Translations under genes and position numbers: made by a program
In this document: positions 53,367 to 64,000 of the stretch, in pieces
How positions within the stretch are numbered: position 1 is the first letter of the stretch
Layout: each line of letters begins with the position of its first letter
Notes under the pieces: generated by a model
Databases searched by the model: none
What the model was told of the DNA's origin: nothing
Seen by the model: only the letters and a program-made list of their open reading frames with translations
NCBI GenBank assembly: GCA_963821525.1
Contig: CAWGED010000003.1
Coordinates: 1-64,000 of the forward strand
Origin: an uncultured Gemmatimonadales bacterium
GTDB lineage: Bacteria; Gemmatimonadota; Gemmatimonadetes; Gemmatimonadales; GWC2-71-9
Reading direction: 5' to 3'
Length of the DNA stretch: 64,000 nucleotides

Positions 53367-54806
53367 TCAAACAACCACCTCGGCTTCGCTCGCCTTGGCC
53401 GCCAGCGGTCGCGCGCGCTCCAGCAGCGGCTTCATATACTCCGCCAGAAACTCTCCTACCTGTTGCTCGGCGCGACCGGTATACAGGGCGGGAACCAGCT
53501 CGCCCTGGAGCGTCTGCATTGACAGCTTTGCGAAGGTGTGGTCGCGAGCGAGCCGCTCGAGCAGATCGTTGGGCCCACCCTTGCTCACCCGCTCCGCGGC
53601 GGCGAGGCTGTTGGTGCGGATCACCTCGTGCAGCGCCTGCCGGTCTCCTCCCGCCTCGACGCCGAGCATGAGCAGGCGCTCGGTGGCCATGAAGGGCATC
53701 TGTTCGTCGACGTGCCTCCGGATCGTCTCGGGCCGTACCTCGATCCCCGCGGCGATGTTGGTCGCGAGAACCAGGATCGCGTCGGTCGCGAGGAACGCCT
53801 CTGGAAGCGTGAGGCGACGGTTGGCGCTGTCGTCCAGCGAGCGCTCCAGCCACTGAGTCGCGGCCGTGTTCGCCGTGCTGGACGCGAGGGAGATCACGAA
53901 GCGGGCGAGTCCGCAGATCCGTTCCGCCCGCATCGGGTTCCGCTTGTAGGCCATCGCACTGGAGCCGATCTGGTCGCTCTCGAACGGCTCCAGCAGCTCG
54001 CCCTCGTGCTGCAGGAGGCGCAGGTCTGTCCCCATCTTGGCGCAGGACTGGCTCACGCCGGAGAGGATGTCGAGGATCGCGGCGTCGGCCTTGCGCGAAT
54101 AGGTCTGCCCGGTCACCGGGAACACCCGAGGGACGCCGAGCTTCTCGGCGATCAGCCGCTCCAGCTCGCGCACCTTGGCGTGATCTCCCTTGAACAGCTC
54201 GAGGAAGGAAGCCTGGGTGCCGGTGGTCCCCTTGCAGCCGCGCAGTCGGATGTTCTCGATCCGGTAGGCTAGGTCCTCTACGTCGAGCCCCAGATCCTGC
54301 ATCCACAGCGTGGCCCGCTTGCCCACGGTCGTGAGCTGGGCCGGCTGGAAGTGGGTATAGGCGAGGCAGGGCAGGGCGGCATGGGTGCGAGCGAAACGCT
54401 CGAAGGCATCGAGTACCGCGATGAGCCGTCCCAGCACGAGGCGCAGGCTTTCCCGAATCACCAGCACATCGGCGTTATCGGTCACGTAGGCGCTGGTGGC
54501 GCCGAGATGCAGGAACGGCTTCGCGGCCGGGGCCTGGTCGCCGAAATGGTGGACGTGGGCCATCACGTCGTGACGGAAGCGCTTCTCGTAGGCGGCCGCG
54601 GCATTCAGGTCGGCATCGTCCAGATGGGCTCGCATCTGGGCGAGCGCTTCGTCCGGGATCGCGAGACCCAGCTCCTGCTCGCTCTCGGCGAGCGCCAGCC
54701 AGGTCCTGCGCCACAGCCCGATGCGGTAGCGCTCGCCCCAGAGCCGCTGCATCGGGGGCGAAGCGTATCGGGCGCCGAGCGGCGAGCGGTAGCGGTCCTC
54801 GGTCAT
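53367..54806 (-). CDS. purB: adenylosuccinate lyase
   Basis: GSSAMAYKRNP signature. Confidence 0.96.
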   Translation of the reverse strand: MTEDRYRSPLGARYASPPMQRLWGERYRIGLWRRTWLALAESEQELGLAIPDEALAQMRAHLDDADLNAAAAYEKRFRHDVMAHVHHFGDQAPAAKPFLHLGATSAYVTDNADVLVIRESLRLVLGRLIAVLDAFERFARTHAALPCLAYTHFQPAQLTTVGKRATLWMQDLGLDVEDLAYRIENIRLRGCKGTTGTQASFLELFKGDHAKVRELERLIAEKLGVPRVFPVTGQTYSRKADAAILDILSGVSQSCAKMGTDLRLLQHEGELLEPFESDQIGSSAMAYKRNPMRAERICGLARFVISLASSTANTAATQWLERSLDDSANRRLTLPEAFLATDAILVLATNIAAGIEVRPETIRRHVDEQMPFMATERLLMLGVEAGGDRQALHEVIRTNSLAAAERVSKGGPNDLLERLARDHTFAKLSMQTLQGELVPALYTGRAEQQVGEFLAEYMKPLLERARPLAAKASEAEVVV

Positions 54807-56226
54807 TGGAACACCAGATCGGTATAGAGGATCTGCTGGTCGCGCTCGAAGTAGAGCCGCACCGGCTGGCGCGATCGCAGATTCTCGATCACCTCGTTCA
54901 CGTCATCCGCCGAACGGATGTAGCGCCGGTTCATCGCCACGATCACGTCGCCGCGGCGGAGCCCCGTGGACTGGGCCAGGGCGTCGGCGATGCGGAAGAT
55001 GAGTGCGCCTCGCTCGCTCTGAACGCCCTGTTCGGCCTGGATCGCGGGTGTCACGGTCACCAGCTGCAGGTCCTTCAGGACCGTCACCTTTTCTGCGGCG
55101 ACGGTCGGGAGGTCACCGGTCGTGATCGTCGACGTGGTGGTCTTGCTGCCTTGACGATAGGTCACCTTCACCCCGTCACCCACGTGCAGATCCAGCTTCA
55201 CCGCCTCCCAGTCGAGGTAGTTCCGCAGGGTTCGGCCGTTGGCCTGAGTCAGGACATCCTTGGCTTGCAGGCCGGCCCGGGCGGCCGGGCCACCCGGAGC
55301 CACCGTGGTCACCAGCACGCCGCCCTGAGTCTTCCACTCGCGCAGCGATTCGGCGCCGGCGACGTCGAGGCCGACCCAGGCGCGCCGCACCTCGCCGTTC
55401 TTCACGATTTCGTCCGCTACTCGCAGTGCGCGCTCGATGGGGATGGCGAAGCCCAGTCCGATCGATCCCCCGCTTTGGGAGAAGATCGACGAATTGACCC
55501 CGACCACCTCGCCCAGGGCGTTGGCGAGGGGACCGCCGGAATTGCCGGGGTTGATCGAAGCGTCGGTCTGAATCATGTCGAGGTAGAGGCCCGCCTGATC
55601 CTGACTCGGCAAAATATTCCGTCCCGTGGCACTCACGACTCCCGCCGTCACCGTGGGCTCCGCATTGCCCAGCAGGTACGCGAAGGGATTGCCCAGGGCC
55701 ACGACCCATTCGCCAATCATCAGATCGGTGCTCTTGCCCGGAGTCGCGACCTGGAGACCGCGCCGGTCAACCTTGATCACCGCGATGTCGGTCAGTGCAT
55801 CCTCACCCAGCAACTTGGCGGGGAGATCGCTCCCGTCGGGCAACGTCACCACGATCTTGGTTCCCCCCGCCACCACGTGCTGGTTGGTGAGAATGGTGCC
55901 ATCGGGGCGGATGACGAATCCGGTAGCGAAGCTCTGGACCGTCTGCTCCTGGCCCTGAGGCAGGAAGAAGAAGTCCCATGGCGTTTGGGGTGTCGCGCGG
56001 CGCCGGCTGTCCACCGTGATGGAGACGACGCTGGAGGACACCCGCTGGGCCGCCTCGACGATCGCGGTGCGGCGAGTGGCGTCCACCGCGCTGCTCGCCT
56101 GGCGCGAGGTCTGCGCCTGCACCTGCGCCGTGGCGAGGGTGGAAAGCATCCGCTCGGCCTGCCCGTTGCTTCCTGGGCGACCACAACTCAGGGCGGCGAA
56201 GGCGACGGCAAGGCGACGCGCCTCAT
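54803..56226 (-). CDS. HtrA/DegP-family serine protease with PDZ domains (5' frameshift likely)
   Basis: TNQHV, DIAV, NPGNSGG. Confidence 0.92.
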
Positions 56227-57008
56227 GCGCTCACCTCCATCGGTTCGGCGTAGCAGACCGCGGGGTATTCGGCCGCGACGAAGTACAGGCCTTGAGGTGG
56301 AGCTGGCGGGCTGGTGAGCTGGTTGTCGCGGCTGGCGAGAAGCATCGCGATGTCGTCCACCGGGCGACGGGCCAGTCCGACATCAACCATGGTCCCGACG
56401 AGGAAGCGCACCATGTGGTGGAGGAAGCGGTCGGCCGCGACGTGAAAGCGGAAGCCCCGGTCGCCTTCCCGGGGCTCCCAACGCGCCGTGACCACCCGGC
56501 AGCGATAGTGCGGCTTCGGCCCCGACCGGGCGGCGAACGCCTCGAAGCTGTGCTGTCCCTGGATCTGATCCGCCGCCCGCCGCATCAGCCCGAGATCGAG
56601 CGCGCGACCCAGCGGCCACTCGTAGGGCCGACGAAACGGAGAAAAAGCGGCGTCGTCCGTTCCGACGTCATAGCGGTAGCGGCGCCCCGAGGCGCTTTTG
56701 CGGGCGTGGAATCCTGGCTTCATCGGCATCACGGCTTCGACCCAGCAGTCGCGGGGCAACAGGGCATTGAGAGCCCGGCGCAGCGCGTCTGCGGTCCATT
56801 TTGGTGGTGCCGCGAAACTCACCCCGAGGCCGAGGGCATGCACCCCGGCGTCGGTCCGGCCAGCCGCGTGGCACGCGATCCGGCGGCCACACAACCGCTC
56901 CATGACCCCCTCGAACTCCGCCTGGACCGAGCGCCCGGAAGCCTGGCGCTGCCACCCCACGAAGTCCCGGCCATCATAGTGCAGGAGGGCCAGATAGGTG
57001 CGGGTCAT
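56223..57008 (-). CDS. truA: tRNA pseudouridine synthase A
   Basis: GRTDAGVHA, FLHHMVR. Confidence 0.96.
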   Translation of the reverse strand: MTRTYLALLHYDGRDFVGWQRQASGRSVQAEFEGVMERLCGRRIACHAAGRTDAGVHALGLGVSFAAPPKWTADALRRALNALLPRDCWVEAVMPMKPGFHARKSASGRRYRYDVGTDDAAFSPFRRPYEWPLGRALDLGLMRRAADQIQGQHSFEAFAARSGPKPHYRCRVVTARWEPREGDRGFRFHVAADRFLHHMVRFLVGTMVDVGLARRPVDDIAMLLASRDNQLTSPPAPPQGLYFVAAEYPAVCYAEPMEVSA

Positions 57009-57056
57009 GAGGCCCGAAATATAGTCGGCCCGGGACCGGTTTGCTTACCTTATGTG

Positions 57057-58112
57057 ATGACCTCTACTGACCAATCCGCCCTCCCACTCGAGAGCGCGCT
57101 GACGTCCCTCGAACAGGGGCAGGACCTCACCGCCGGCCAGGCCGCGGCGGCCTTCGGCGTCATCATGCGCGGCGAAGCCACCGCCGACCAGATCAAGGCC
57201 TTATTACTCGGCCTCCGCGCCAAGGGCGAGACGTTCGAAGAGATCGCCGGCGCGGCCCAGGCGCTCCGCCAGGCAATGATCACCGTGAGCCCGTCGGCCG
57301 GCTCTCCGATCGTGGATACCTGCGGAACCGGCGGCGGCACAGTCGGCACCTTCAACATCTCGACCGCGGCGGGGTTCGTCGTCGCTGCGGCCGGTGTCAG
57401 GGTCGCCAAGCACGGCAACCGCAGTTACACCTCGAAGTGCGGCAGCGCCGACGTGCTCGAGGCCCTCGGCGTCGACATCACTGTTGCGCCTGACCGAATC
57501 GCGACTCTGCTCGACCGTGCGGGCATGGCCTTCCTCTTCGCCCCGAATTTCCATCCCGCCATGCGTCACGTCGGGCCGGTTCGCAAGGAACTTGGCGTCG
57601 CAACGGTGATGAATCTGCTCGGCCCATTGGCCAATCCCGCCGGAGTCACCCGCCAGGTGATTGGTGTCTCCGATCGCGTCCGCGCGTGTCGGATCGCACA
57701 GGCCGTAGCTCGTCTTGGAGCCGACCACGCCCTCGTGGTGCACGCGGAACTCGGGATGGACGAGATCAGTCCGGTGGGCTCCACCTACGTCTGGGAGGTG
57801 CGCGATAACGCGGTGACGACCTGGGTGATTCAGCCGGCAGAGCACGATCAGGCGTGGGAGCGCGCCGAGGACCTGGCCGGTGGAGGTCCGCGGGAGAACG
57901 CGGCGAGAATTGAGAGATTGCTCGACGGCTCGGCGAGTGGCCAGGATGATGAGGCTGGAAGGAGGGCGGTGGTCCTGAATGCGGCGGCGGGTTTGTACGT
58001 CGCTGGGGTGGTGGGGAGTTATGGGGAGGGGGTTAAGGTGGCGGGTGAGGTACTGCGGACGGGGAAGGGTGGAGAGGTGTTGAGGAGGTTGCGGGAGAAA
58101 GCAGACGGCTAG
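57057..58112 (+). CDS. trpD: anthranilate phosphoribosyltransferase
   Basis: DTCGTGG, NISTAA, KHGNRS. Confidence 0.96.
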   Translation: MTSTDQSALPLESALTSLEQGQDLTAGQAAAAFGVIMRGEATADQIKALLLGLRAKGETFEEIAGAAQALRQAMITVSPSAGSPIVDTCGTGGGTVGTFNISTAAGFVVAAAGVRVAKHGNRSYTSKCGSADVLEALGVDITVAPDRIATLLDRAGMAFLFAPNFHPAMRHVGPVRKELGVATVMNLLGPLANPAGVTRQVIGVSDRVRACRIAQAVARLGADHALVVHAELGMDEISPVGSTYVWEVRDNAVTTWVIQPAEHDQAWERAEDLAGGGPRENAARIERLLDGSASGQDDEAGRRAVVLNAAAGLYVAGVVGSYGEGVKVAGEVLRTGKGGEVLRRLREKADG

Positions 58113-58680
58113 ACGGAAAGACGGTTCGACGGTTCGACGGTTCGTGGCTTGGCGGTTCGTGGTTCGTCGGTTCGTTTCGCTGCCTTGAGTCTTTCGGATG
58201 CTCGACGCAGCCCTCGCGCTAGACCACCAACCAACTGGCTCGCCCGCTGCTGCATTTGATCCAAGCGCTGGAATTCCGCTGGGGCCAGAAAACCCACACG
58301 ATGTGCCAGTCGCAGGGCGAACGACAGTTCGGCTAGGGACCCGGCACTGATGTCCGCGTAGCGACGAAATTCACGTGGTCCCGACTTGGCGCAGCCTTCG
58401 GCGAGATTTGCCCCTGCAGAGTATGCAGCCCGCCTCACTTGAGAGGTGAGTTCGAACCGCTCCTGTCGTGGCCAGGCATTGGTGGTGCGGTAGAGCTCAA
58501 CCGCGAGGTCAAAGCAGGCCTGCCAGGCTTTCAGCCGCAGGTAGGGAGGTTCTTCCAGGCTCGCCATCCACGCACTGTAGGCGCATTCCTGGCTTTCAAG
58601 ACAACCAGCCCAACGCACCGGCCACCTTAAGCACGCGGCGCTTTTCGAACCGTCGAACCGTCGAACCGTCTAGCCGTCCG
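58104..58680. repeat. inverted octamer-repeat arms (58104-58174; 58645-58680) enclosing four-helix-bundle gene
   Basis: GACGGCTAGACGG...(TTCGACGG)n versus (TCGAACCG)3-TCTAGCCGTC. Confidence 0.85.
58109..58567 (-). CDS. four-helix-bundle protein (23S rRNA IVP/bAvd-like family)
   Basis: L.AWQ...Y..T..WP.QERFELTSQVRRAA.S..ANLAEG. Confidence 0.92.
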   Translation of the reverse strand: MASLEEPPYLRLKAWQACFDLAVELYRTTNAWPRQERFELTSQVRRAAYSAGANLAEGCAKSGPREFRRYADISAGSLAELSFALRLAHRVGFLAPAEFQRLDQMQQRASQLVGGLARGLRRASERLKAAKRTDEPRTAKPRTVEPSNRLSV

Positions 58681-58699
58681 ACCTGGAAACCAGCCCCAC

Positions 58700-59308
58700 C
58701 TAGTACTTCCGAATCACCCCCACCACCACTCCCTGAATCAACACATCCCGCTCCTGAAAACGCATCGGCTGCATGGTGGGATTGGCGGGCTGCAGACGAA
58801 TCCACCCGCCGGCCTCACGATAGAAGCGCTTCACCGTGGCCTCGGAGCCGTTCACCAGAGCGATCACCATCTCTCCGCTCTCGGCGGCCTCCTTGCCGTG
58901 GACCACGACGAAGTCTCCATCCATGATGTGCTCGTCGATCATGGACTCGCCCTGGACCTTGAGCGCGTAGTTGGGGCCGCGGCGAGGCAGCAGGCTGTCG
59001 GGGACCGCGATGGTCTCCTGAGCCATGATGGATTCGATTGGGGTGCCGGCGGCGACTTTACCGAGCAGAGGAATTTCAGTGGCGCCGGACTGGCCCTTGG
59101 GCGGCAGGACCTCGATGGCGCGACTCTCGTTATGGGTGCGGTGGATATATCCCTTCCGCTCCAGGTTGGTCAGGTGCTCATGCACCGTGGCCAGCGACTG
59201 GAACCCGAACTGCTCGGCGATTTCCTCGAAGCTTGGCGCATACCCCCTGTCGCGGATATGCTCCTGTAGGTACTTGAGGATTTCGCTCTGACGCCTGGTG
59301 AGCGGCAT
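58700..59308 (-). CDS. lexA: LexA repressor
   Basis: wHTH, VAAG cleavage site, GESM, TVKR. Confidence 0.97.
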   Translation of the reverse strand: MPLTRRQSEILKYLQEHIRDRGYAPSFEEIAEQFGFQSLATVHEHLTNLERKGYIHRTHNESRAIEVLPPKGQSGATEIPLLGKVAAGTPIESIMAQETIAVPDSLLPRRGPNYALKVQGESMIDEHIMDGDFVVVHGKEAAESGEMVIALVNGSEATVKRFYREAGGWIRLQPANPTMQPMRFQERDVLIQGVVVGVIRKY

Positions 59309-59329
59309 CCAGCCTCCCGGGTGTGGTGA

Positions 59330-59382
59330 CCGAACAGAGTCCGAATCGCCTCTAACCTACCCGAACACCGACCGAAGAGCAA
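59330..59382 (-). promoter_or_regulatory. lexA promoter with two candidate operators
   Basis: TTGCTC-N17-TAGGTT; CCGAA-N6-CCGAA at 59330 and 59361. Confidence 0.65.
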
Positions 59383-59383
59383 G

Positions 59384-60215
59384 ATGCCCACTCTCTCCGG
59401 CATTTTGGAGACAACCCGGGCGAGTATCCCGGCCCTGCACAAGCGGAAAACCGAGATCGAGGCGAAGGCCAAGGACGCCCCGGATCCGCCGGTTTTCCTG
59501 GGCGGGCGGGATCTCTCGCGACTCGCCCTCATAGCTGAGGTGAAGCGGCGCTCCCCCTCCGCCGGCGACATTGCCCCGTCGCTGGATCCGGTCTCCCACG
59601 CCGAGGCCTATGCCCGGGCAGGTGCAGTAGCAATTTCGGTACTCACCGACGGGCCCTATTTCGGGGGGTCGCTGGATGACCTTCGGGCAGTGGCTCAGAG
59701 GGTTCGGGTCCCGGTGCTCCGGAAGGATTTCATCGTAGACGAGCTACAGATTGCGGAGGCTCGAGGGGCGGGCGCCTCTGCTATCCTATTAATAGTGCGG
59801 GCCCTGTCTCCGGCACGATTGGCCGAGCTGGCAGCTGCGGCCCGACACTGGGGCCTCCAGGCGCTGGTGGAGGTTCATGACGCTGGCTGAGCTCGTCGCG
59901 GCGCTGGCCAGTGGGGCGCGCATTATCGGGGTCAACAGCCGGAACCTCGACACCTTCGCCGTGAACACCCGGGCAGCGTGGACCCTGTTCCGCCGCATTC
60001 CCAAAGACATCGTTGCAGTCGCCGAGAGCGGCATGGCCACTCCCGACGATGTCCGTGCGGCCGCCGAGGCCGGCGCCGACGCCGTTCTGATCGGGACCGC
60101 CCTCTCGGCCGCGCCGGATCCTTCGGCCTTGGCGGCCCAGTTCACGAGCGTACCTCGACGCGGGTCGGTGAAGTGTTTGTCTGACTTCGTGTTCTTCGTG
60201 ATTCCCGGCTTCTGA
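59384..60215 (+). CDS. trpC: indole-3-glycerol phosphate synthase (frameshift ~59885)
   Basis: IAEVKRRSPS, LRKDF, GVNSRNL, AESG. Confidence 0.93.
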
Positions 60216-60440
60216 CCTGACGACGCCCAGCCGAGGCCACGAGGGACAGGGGCTTGGCTATTCCCGGCCCCTTTGGCAAAGCGTTGACTCGCTAGATATT
60301 ACGGGCGAGAGTGGCGGTCCCGAGCCGCCGAGCCGCGGCCGCCAGCCACCGAGCCGTGGTGGACGGATCGTCCACGGTCTAGCAAATTCCCAGACTCAGG
60401 AATCACCAGCGGAAATGGCCCAGTTCATGGAGGCAGCGGG

Positions 60441-61644
60441 GTGGGCATAACCTTGCCACGCGAGCGCACCGTGGGCGGACGCTTTGGGCCCTACGGCGGG
60501 CGCTACGTACCCGAAACGTTGGTGGCCGCCCTGGACGAGCTGGCGGCGCTCTACGACGAGGCGCAGGCGGACCCGGCGTTCTGGACCGAGCTGGAGTCAT
60601 TGCTGCGGGAGTATGCCGGACGCCCATCCACGCTCACCGAGGCGCCGCGCCTGAGCGAGCGGGTGGGCTGCCGGGTGGTCCTGAAGCGCGAAGACCTGAA
60701 TCACACTGGCGCGCACAAGATCAACAACACGATCGGCCAGGCCCTGCTGGCTCGGCGCATGGGTAAGCGCCGGATCATCGCCGAGACAGGCGCTGGGCAA
60801 CACGGCGTGGCGACGGCGACGGTCTGCGCCCGCTTCGGCCTCGACTGCGTGGTGTATATGGGCGCCGAAGACATGGCCCGCCAGGCGCTCAACGTCTATC
60901 GCATGCAGTTGCTGGGTGCTCGCGTCGTACCGGTGGAATCCGGCACCCGCACCCTGAAGGATGCGACGAACGAGGCGCTGCGAGACTGGGTGACCAACGT
61001 CCCAACCACCCACTACATCATCGGATCGGTGGTTGGCCCCGATCCATTTCCCCGCTTGGTCCGGGATTTCCAGTCAGTCATCGGCCGCGAGGCGCGGAGC
61101 CAGATGTTGCAGCGCTATGATCGGCTTCCGGCCGCCGCGGTGGCCTGCGTCGGGGGCGGCTCCAACGCGATCGGCCTCTTTGCCGGCTTTCTGGCCGATC
61201 CCGAAGTCGAGTTGGTGGGAGTCGAGGCAGGGGGTGAGGGAATTCGGACCGGCCACCACAGCGCTACGCTCTCTGCGGGGCAGCCGGGTGTCCTGCATGG
61301 GTGCCTGAGCTACCTGCTCCAGGACGAAGACGGGCAAGTTCTTCCGGCCCATTCGATCTCTGCCGGGCTGGACTATCCCGGTGTCGGTCCCGAACACAGC
61401 TGGCTCAAGGACAGCGGGCGAGTGCGCTACGAATCTGCCACCGATGACGAGGCGCTGGATGCATTTCAGAGTGTCTGCCGGTTGGAAGGGATCATCCCCG
61501 CTCTCGAAGCCGCGCACGCTTTCGCCTGGGTATTCCGTCACGCCGGCCGCTGGCCGGAGGATGCGTCGGTCCTGATCTGTCTGAGCGGAAGAGGAGATAA
61601 GGACGTGGCCCACGTGGCACGACTTCTTGGGAACTCCAGTGTGA
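60441..61644 (+). CDS. trpB: tryptophan synthase beta chain
   Basis: [32 protein letters not shown]. Confidence 0.95.
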
Positions 61645-63324
61645 CCCAGGGACTCCCGGTCGCGGTGGATCTGCCGCACGCCCAGGTTGAAGAGCTGCTC
61701 CGGAACGTGGTGAAGGGTTTCCGGGCCTTCCAGATGTACCTCCCCAACAATCCGATGTACCACCGCGCGATCCAGAACGTGCGCAGCGCCTTCCAGCCGG
61801 TCTGGGCCTCGGGGCTCGACAAGCTGGTGCTCACCATTGTCGAGACCGACGTCATCTGGGACGATCACGTCATTTATCACCAGCCGGCCAAGAACGAGAG
61901 CTTCGCCTTCTACCTCTTCAAGGACGGGATGCGGGTCCTCAACCTCTTCCCCGGAGTGGAAGAGGACGAGATCATCAGGTTCCTCGAAATCGTCCAGAAG
62001 GCGCGCGCGTTGCCCAACGATGCGGGAGACGATCTCCTGACGCTGCTCTGGGCTCACGAATTCCAGCTGGTGCAGTACCACTTCGCCGAGTTCGCCGGTG
62101 ACACAACCGGGATGGGTGGAGGAGGCGCCGCGGCCGAGGCAACTCCTTCGAGTCCGGAAGAGACCAAAGGCAAGATCGCCGAGGAGGCGCCCAAGAGCTC
62201 GATCGTGGCGGTCGAGGACTTCGACTCTACGCTGTACTGGCTGGACGAAGCCGAGATCCGGGGGATCAGCAACGCGATCACCAAGGAGTATCAGCAGGAT
62301 CTGCGGGCCAACGTCGTTGCGATCCTGTTCGACATCTTCGAGCAGCGCGAGGAGGACTGGGCTCGCGGAGACGTGCTCTCCACGCTCGAGGCCTACCTGC
62401 CGCACATGCTCAGCACCGGCGACTTCAAGACCGTCGCCTCGCTCTTGAAGGAAACGCGACTCATTGTGGGGAGGAACCAGGGGCTGCAAGCAGGATCAGC
62501 GGGAACGGCTCGATGCTTTCGTGGGCCGACTCAGCGATCCCGGTGTCGTGGCTCAGATTCTTCAGTCCATCGACGAAGCCACCTCGCCGCCACGAGAAGA
62601 GGACTTGGGCGAGCTGGTGCGCGAGCTGCGGCCGGCCGCGCTCGAGACGGTTCTCATCTGGCTGCCCAAACTTTCCTCTCCCAAGGTGCGTGCTCTCCTG
62701 GAATCGGCGGCGGAGCGGCTCGCGGAGACCAGTCCGAACGAAGTGCTGCGACTTCTGCGGCAGGGAGAATCCGAGGCCCTCCCGGCCGTGATCGCCTTGT
62801 GCGGAAGGCTCCAGCTCCAGGCCGCCGTCCCTGGGCTGGGTGAGCTCCTGGGACACGCCAATCCCGCATTCCGGCTCGCCGCAGTGCAGGCACTTGCAGC
62901 GGTGGGAAGTCCCGGAGCGCTGGGTCACGTCGAGCGCGGGATCGACGATGCCGATCGCGAAGTGCGGCTGGCCGCGGTGCAGGAGATGGGACGGCGGGGA
63001 TTCAAGGGAGCACTGCGCCGGATCGAGCCGGTGGTGATGGGCAAAAAATTGCAGCGGGAGATCGATCTCACCGAGCGGATGCGTTTCTTCGAGGCCTACG
63101 CGATGATCGCCCGCGATGGCGCGCTGGAAACGCTCTCCGGCCTGATGAGTGCCGGTGCGCTCTTCAAGCGCAAGGAATCTCCCGAGGTCCGGGCCTGCGC
63201 CGCCCTCGCCATCGGGAAGATTCGGACCCAGGAGTCGCGCGACCTGCTGCAGCGCTCGGCCAATGACAAAGACCTCGTCGTCCGCAATGCGGTGAGCCGG
63301 GCCCTGCGGGAGAATCCGGCGTGA
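61641..63324 (+). CDS. HEAT-repeat protein (frameshift ~62470)
   Basis: repeated [14 protein letters not shown] motifs. Confidence 0.75.
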
Positions 63325-64000
63325 TCCACGAGTCCGACGCCGCAACCTCTCATGCCGCCGAGGTGGCGGCCGACGCCTTCCTCCGCCACGCGGGTCGCAG
63401 TCTGCTGCTCGGGATGTATGCCGCGATTCGGAGCCTCAAGCTCTATCCGATCGAAAACGCCACCGCCCAGAAGTCGCTCGACGACTTGCTGCTCGCCTCC
63501 AACGGTCTGCTCGAACCCCAGGGCGAGATCGAAGTCCGGCTTTCCGGCGATTTCATCTTCATCAACGGTACCCGGCTTCGCCTCGAGCTCGACAACTACG
63601 CCTCGTTCAGCCACCTGCTGGCCATCTTCAGAGCGGTGGACCTCGGGGCGCTTAAGGTCAAGCACGGCACCGACCGGCGGGACTGGCAGATCTTCCTCGG
63701 CGTGTTGCTCTCGGTCATTCCCAAGGAGCGGGATCCAGAGAAGATCTTCGAGCTGCGCGAGAAGCTCGGTCGCGCGGGCATCACCCGGATCGACGTCGAA
63801 CCGACCCTCGAGACCGGAGGAGCTTGCTCGCGGAAGAGGAGAAGGCCAAGGAGGCCGCGAAGCGCACCTATTCGCTCGGGGTCGCTGTCACCAAGGACCT
63901 GATCAACAGCGTGCGGATGGGGCGGACTACTTCGGTCGCACGGGTCAAACGCGCCGTGCAATCCATCGTGGACCAGGTATTGAACAACGAAACGTCGCTG
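63321..64000 (+). CDS. N-terminus of probable HD-GYP-type protein (truncated, frameshifted)
   Basis: LKLYPIEN N-terminus; catalytic domain not in window. Confidence 0.45.

Noticed and set aside
56016..57056. 350-aa N-terminal extension of TrpD
   Set aside because: Antisense shadow of truA; true start at 57057
58109..58567. Diversity-generating retroelement
   Set aside because: No reverse transcriptase or TR/VR pair; duplicated cassettes do not show adenine-specific variation
60441..62843. 800-aa TrpB-HEAT fusion
   Set aside because: GTGA start/stop overlap at 61641 and frequent indels point to a sequencing artefact

Overview
GC-rich bacterial window, probably Gemmatimonadota (inferred from gene content, not proven), with indel-type frameshifts in many genes that look like long-read errors. 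Left 37.7 kb: a large sedentary integron cassette array on the minus strand, which probably continues past the left edge. I count 35 full-length attC sites (about 20 from one ~103-bp family), one 38-bp mini-attC and about 6 broken sites. An intact integron integrase (37944-38924, minus) is co-oriented with the array and has attI at its 3' side (inverted-integrase layout). Cargo includes many secreted or membrane unknowns, HicBA and Doc-type TA cassettes, duplicated cassettes, a double-Gly-type peptide, ORF-poor cassettes, antisense gene blocks at broken attC sites, an IS481 and an IS66 remnant. Right 25 kb: core genes (ppdK, purF/L/Q/S/C/B, pssA/psd, htrA, truA, trpD/C/B, lexA, HEAT protein). 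Their intergenic spaces hold 7-9-nt tandem-repeat arrays, including an inverted-repeat stem enclosing a four-helix-bundle gene. There is also a candidate direct-repeat LexA operator and a candidate Trp-Trp leader.
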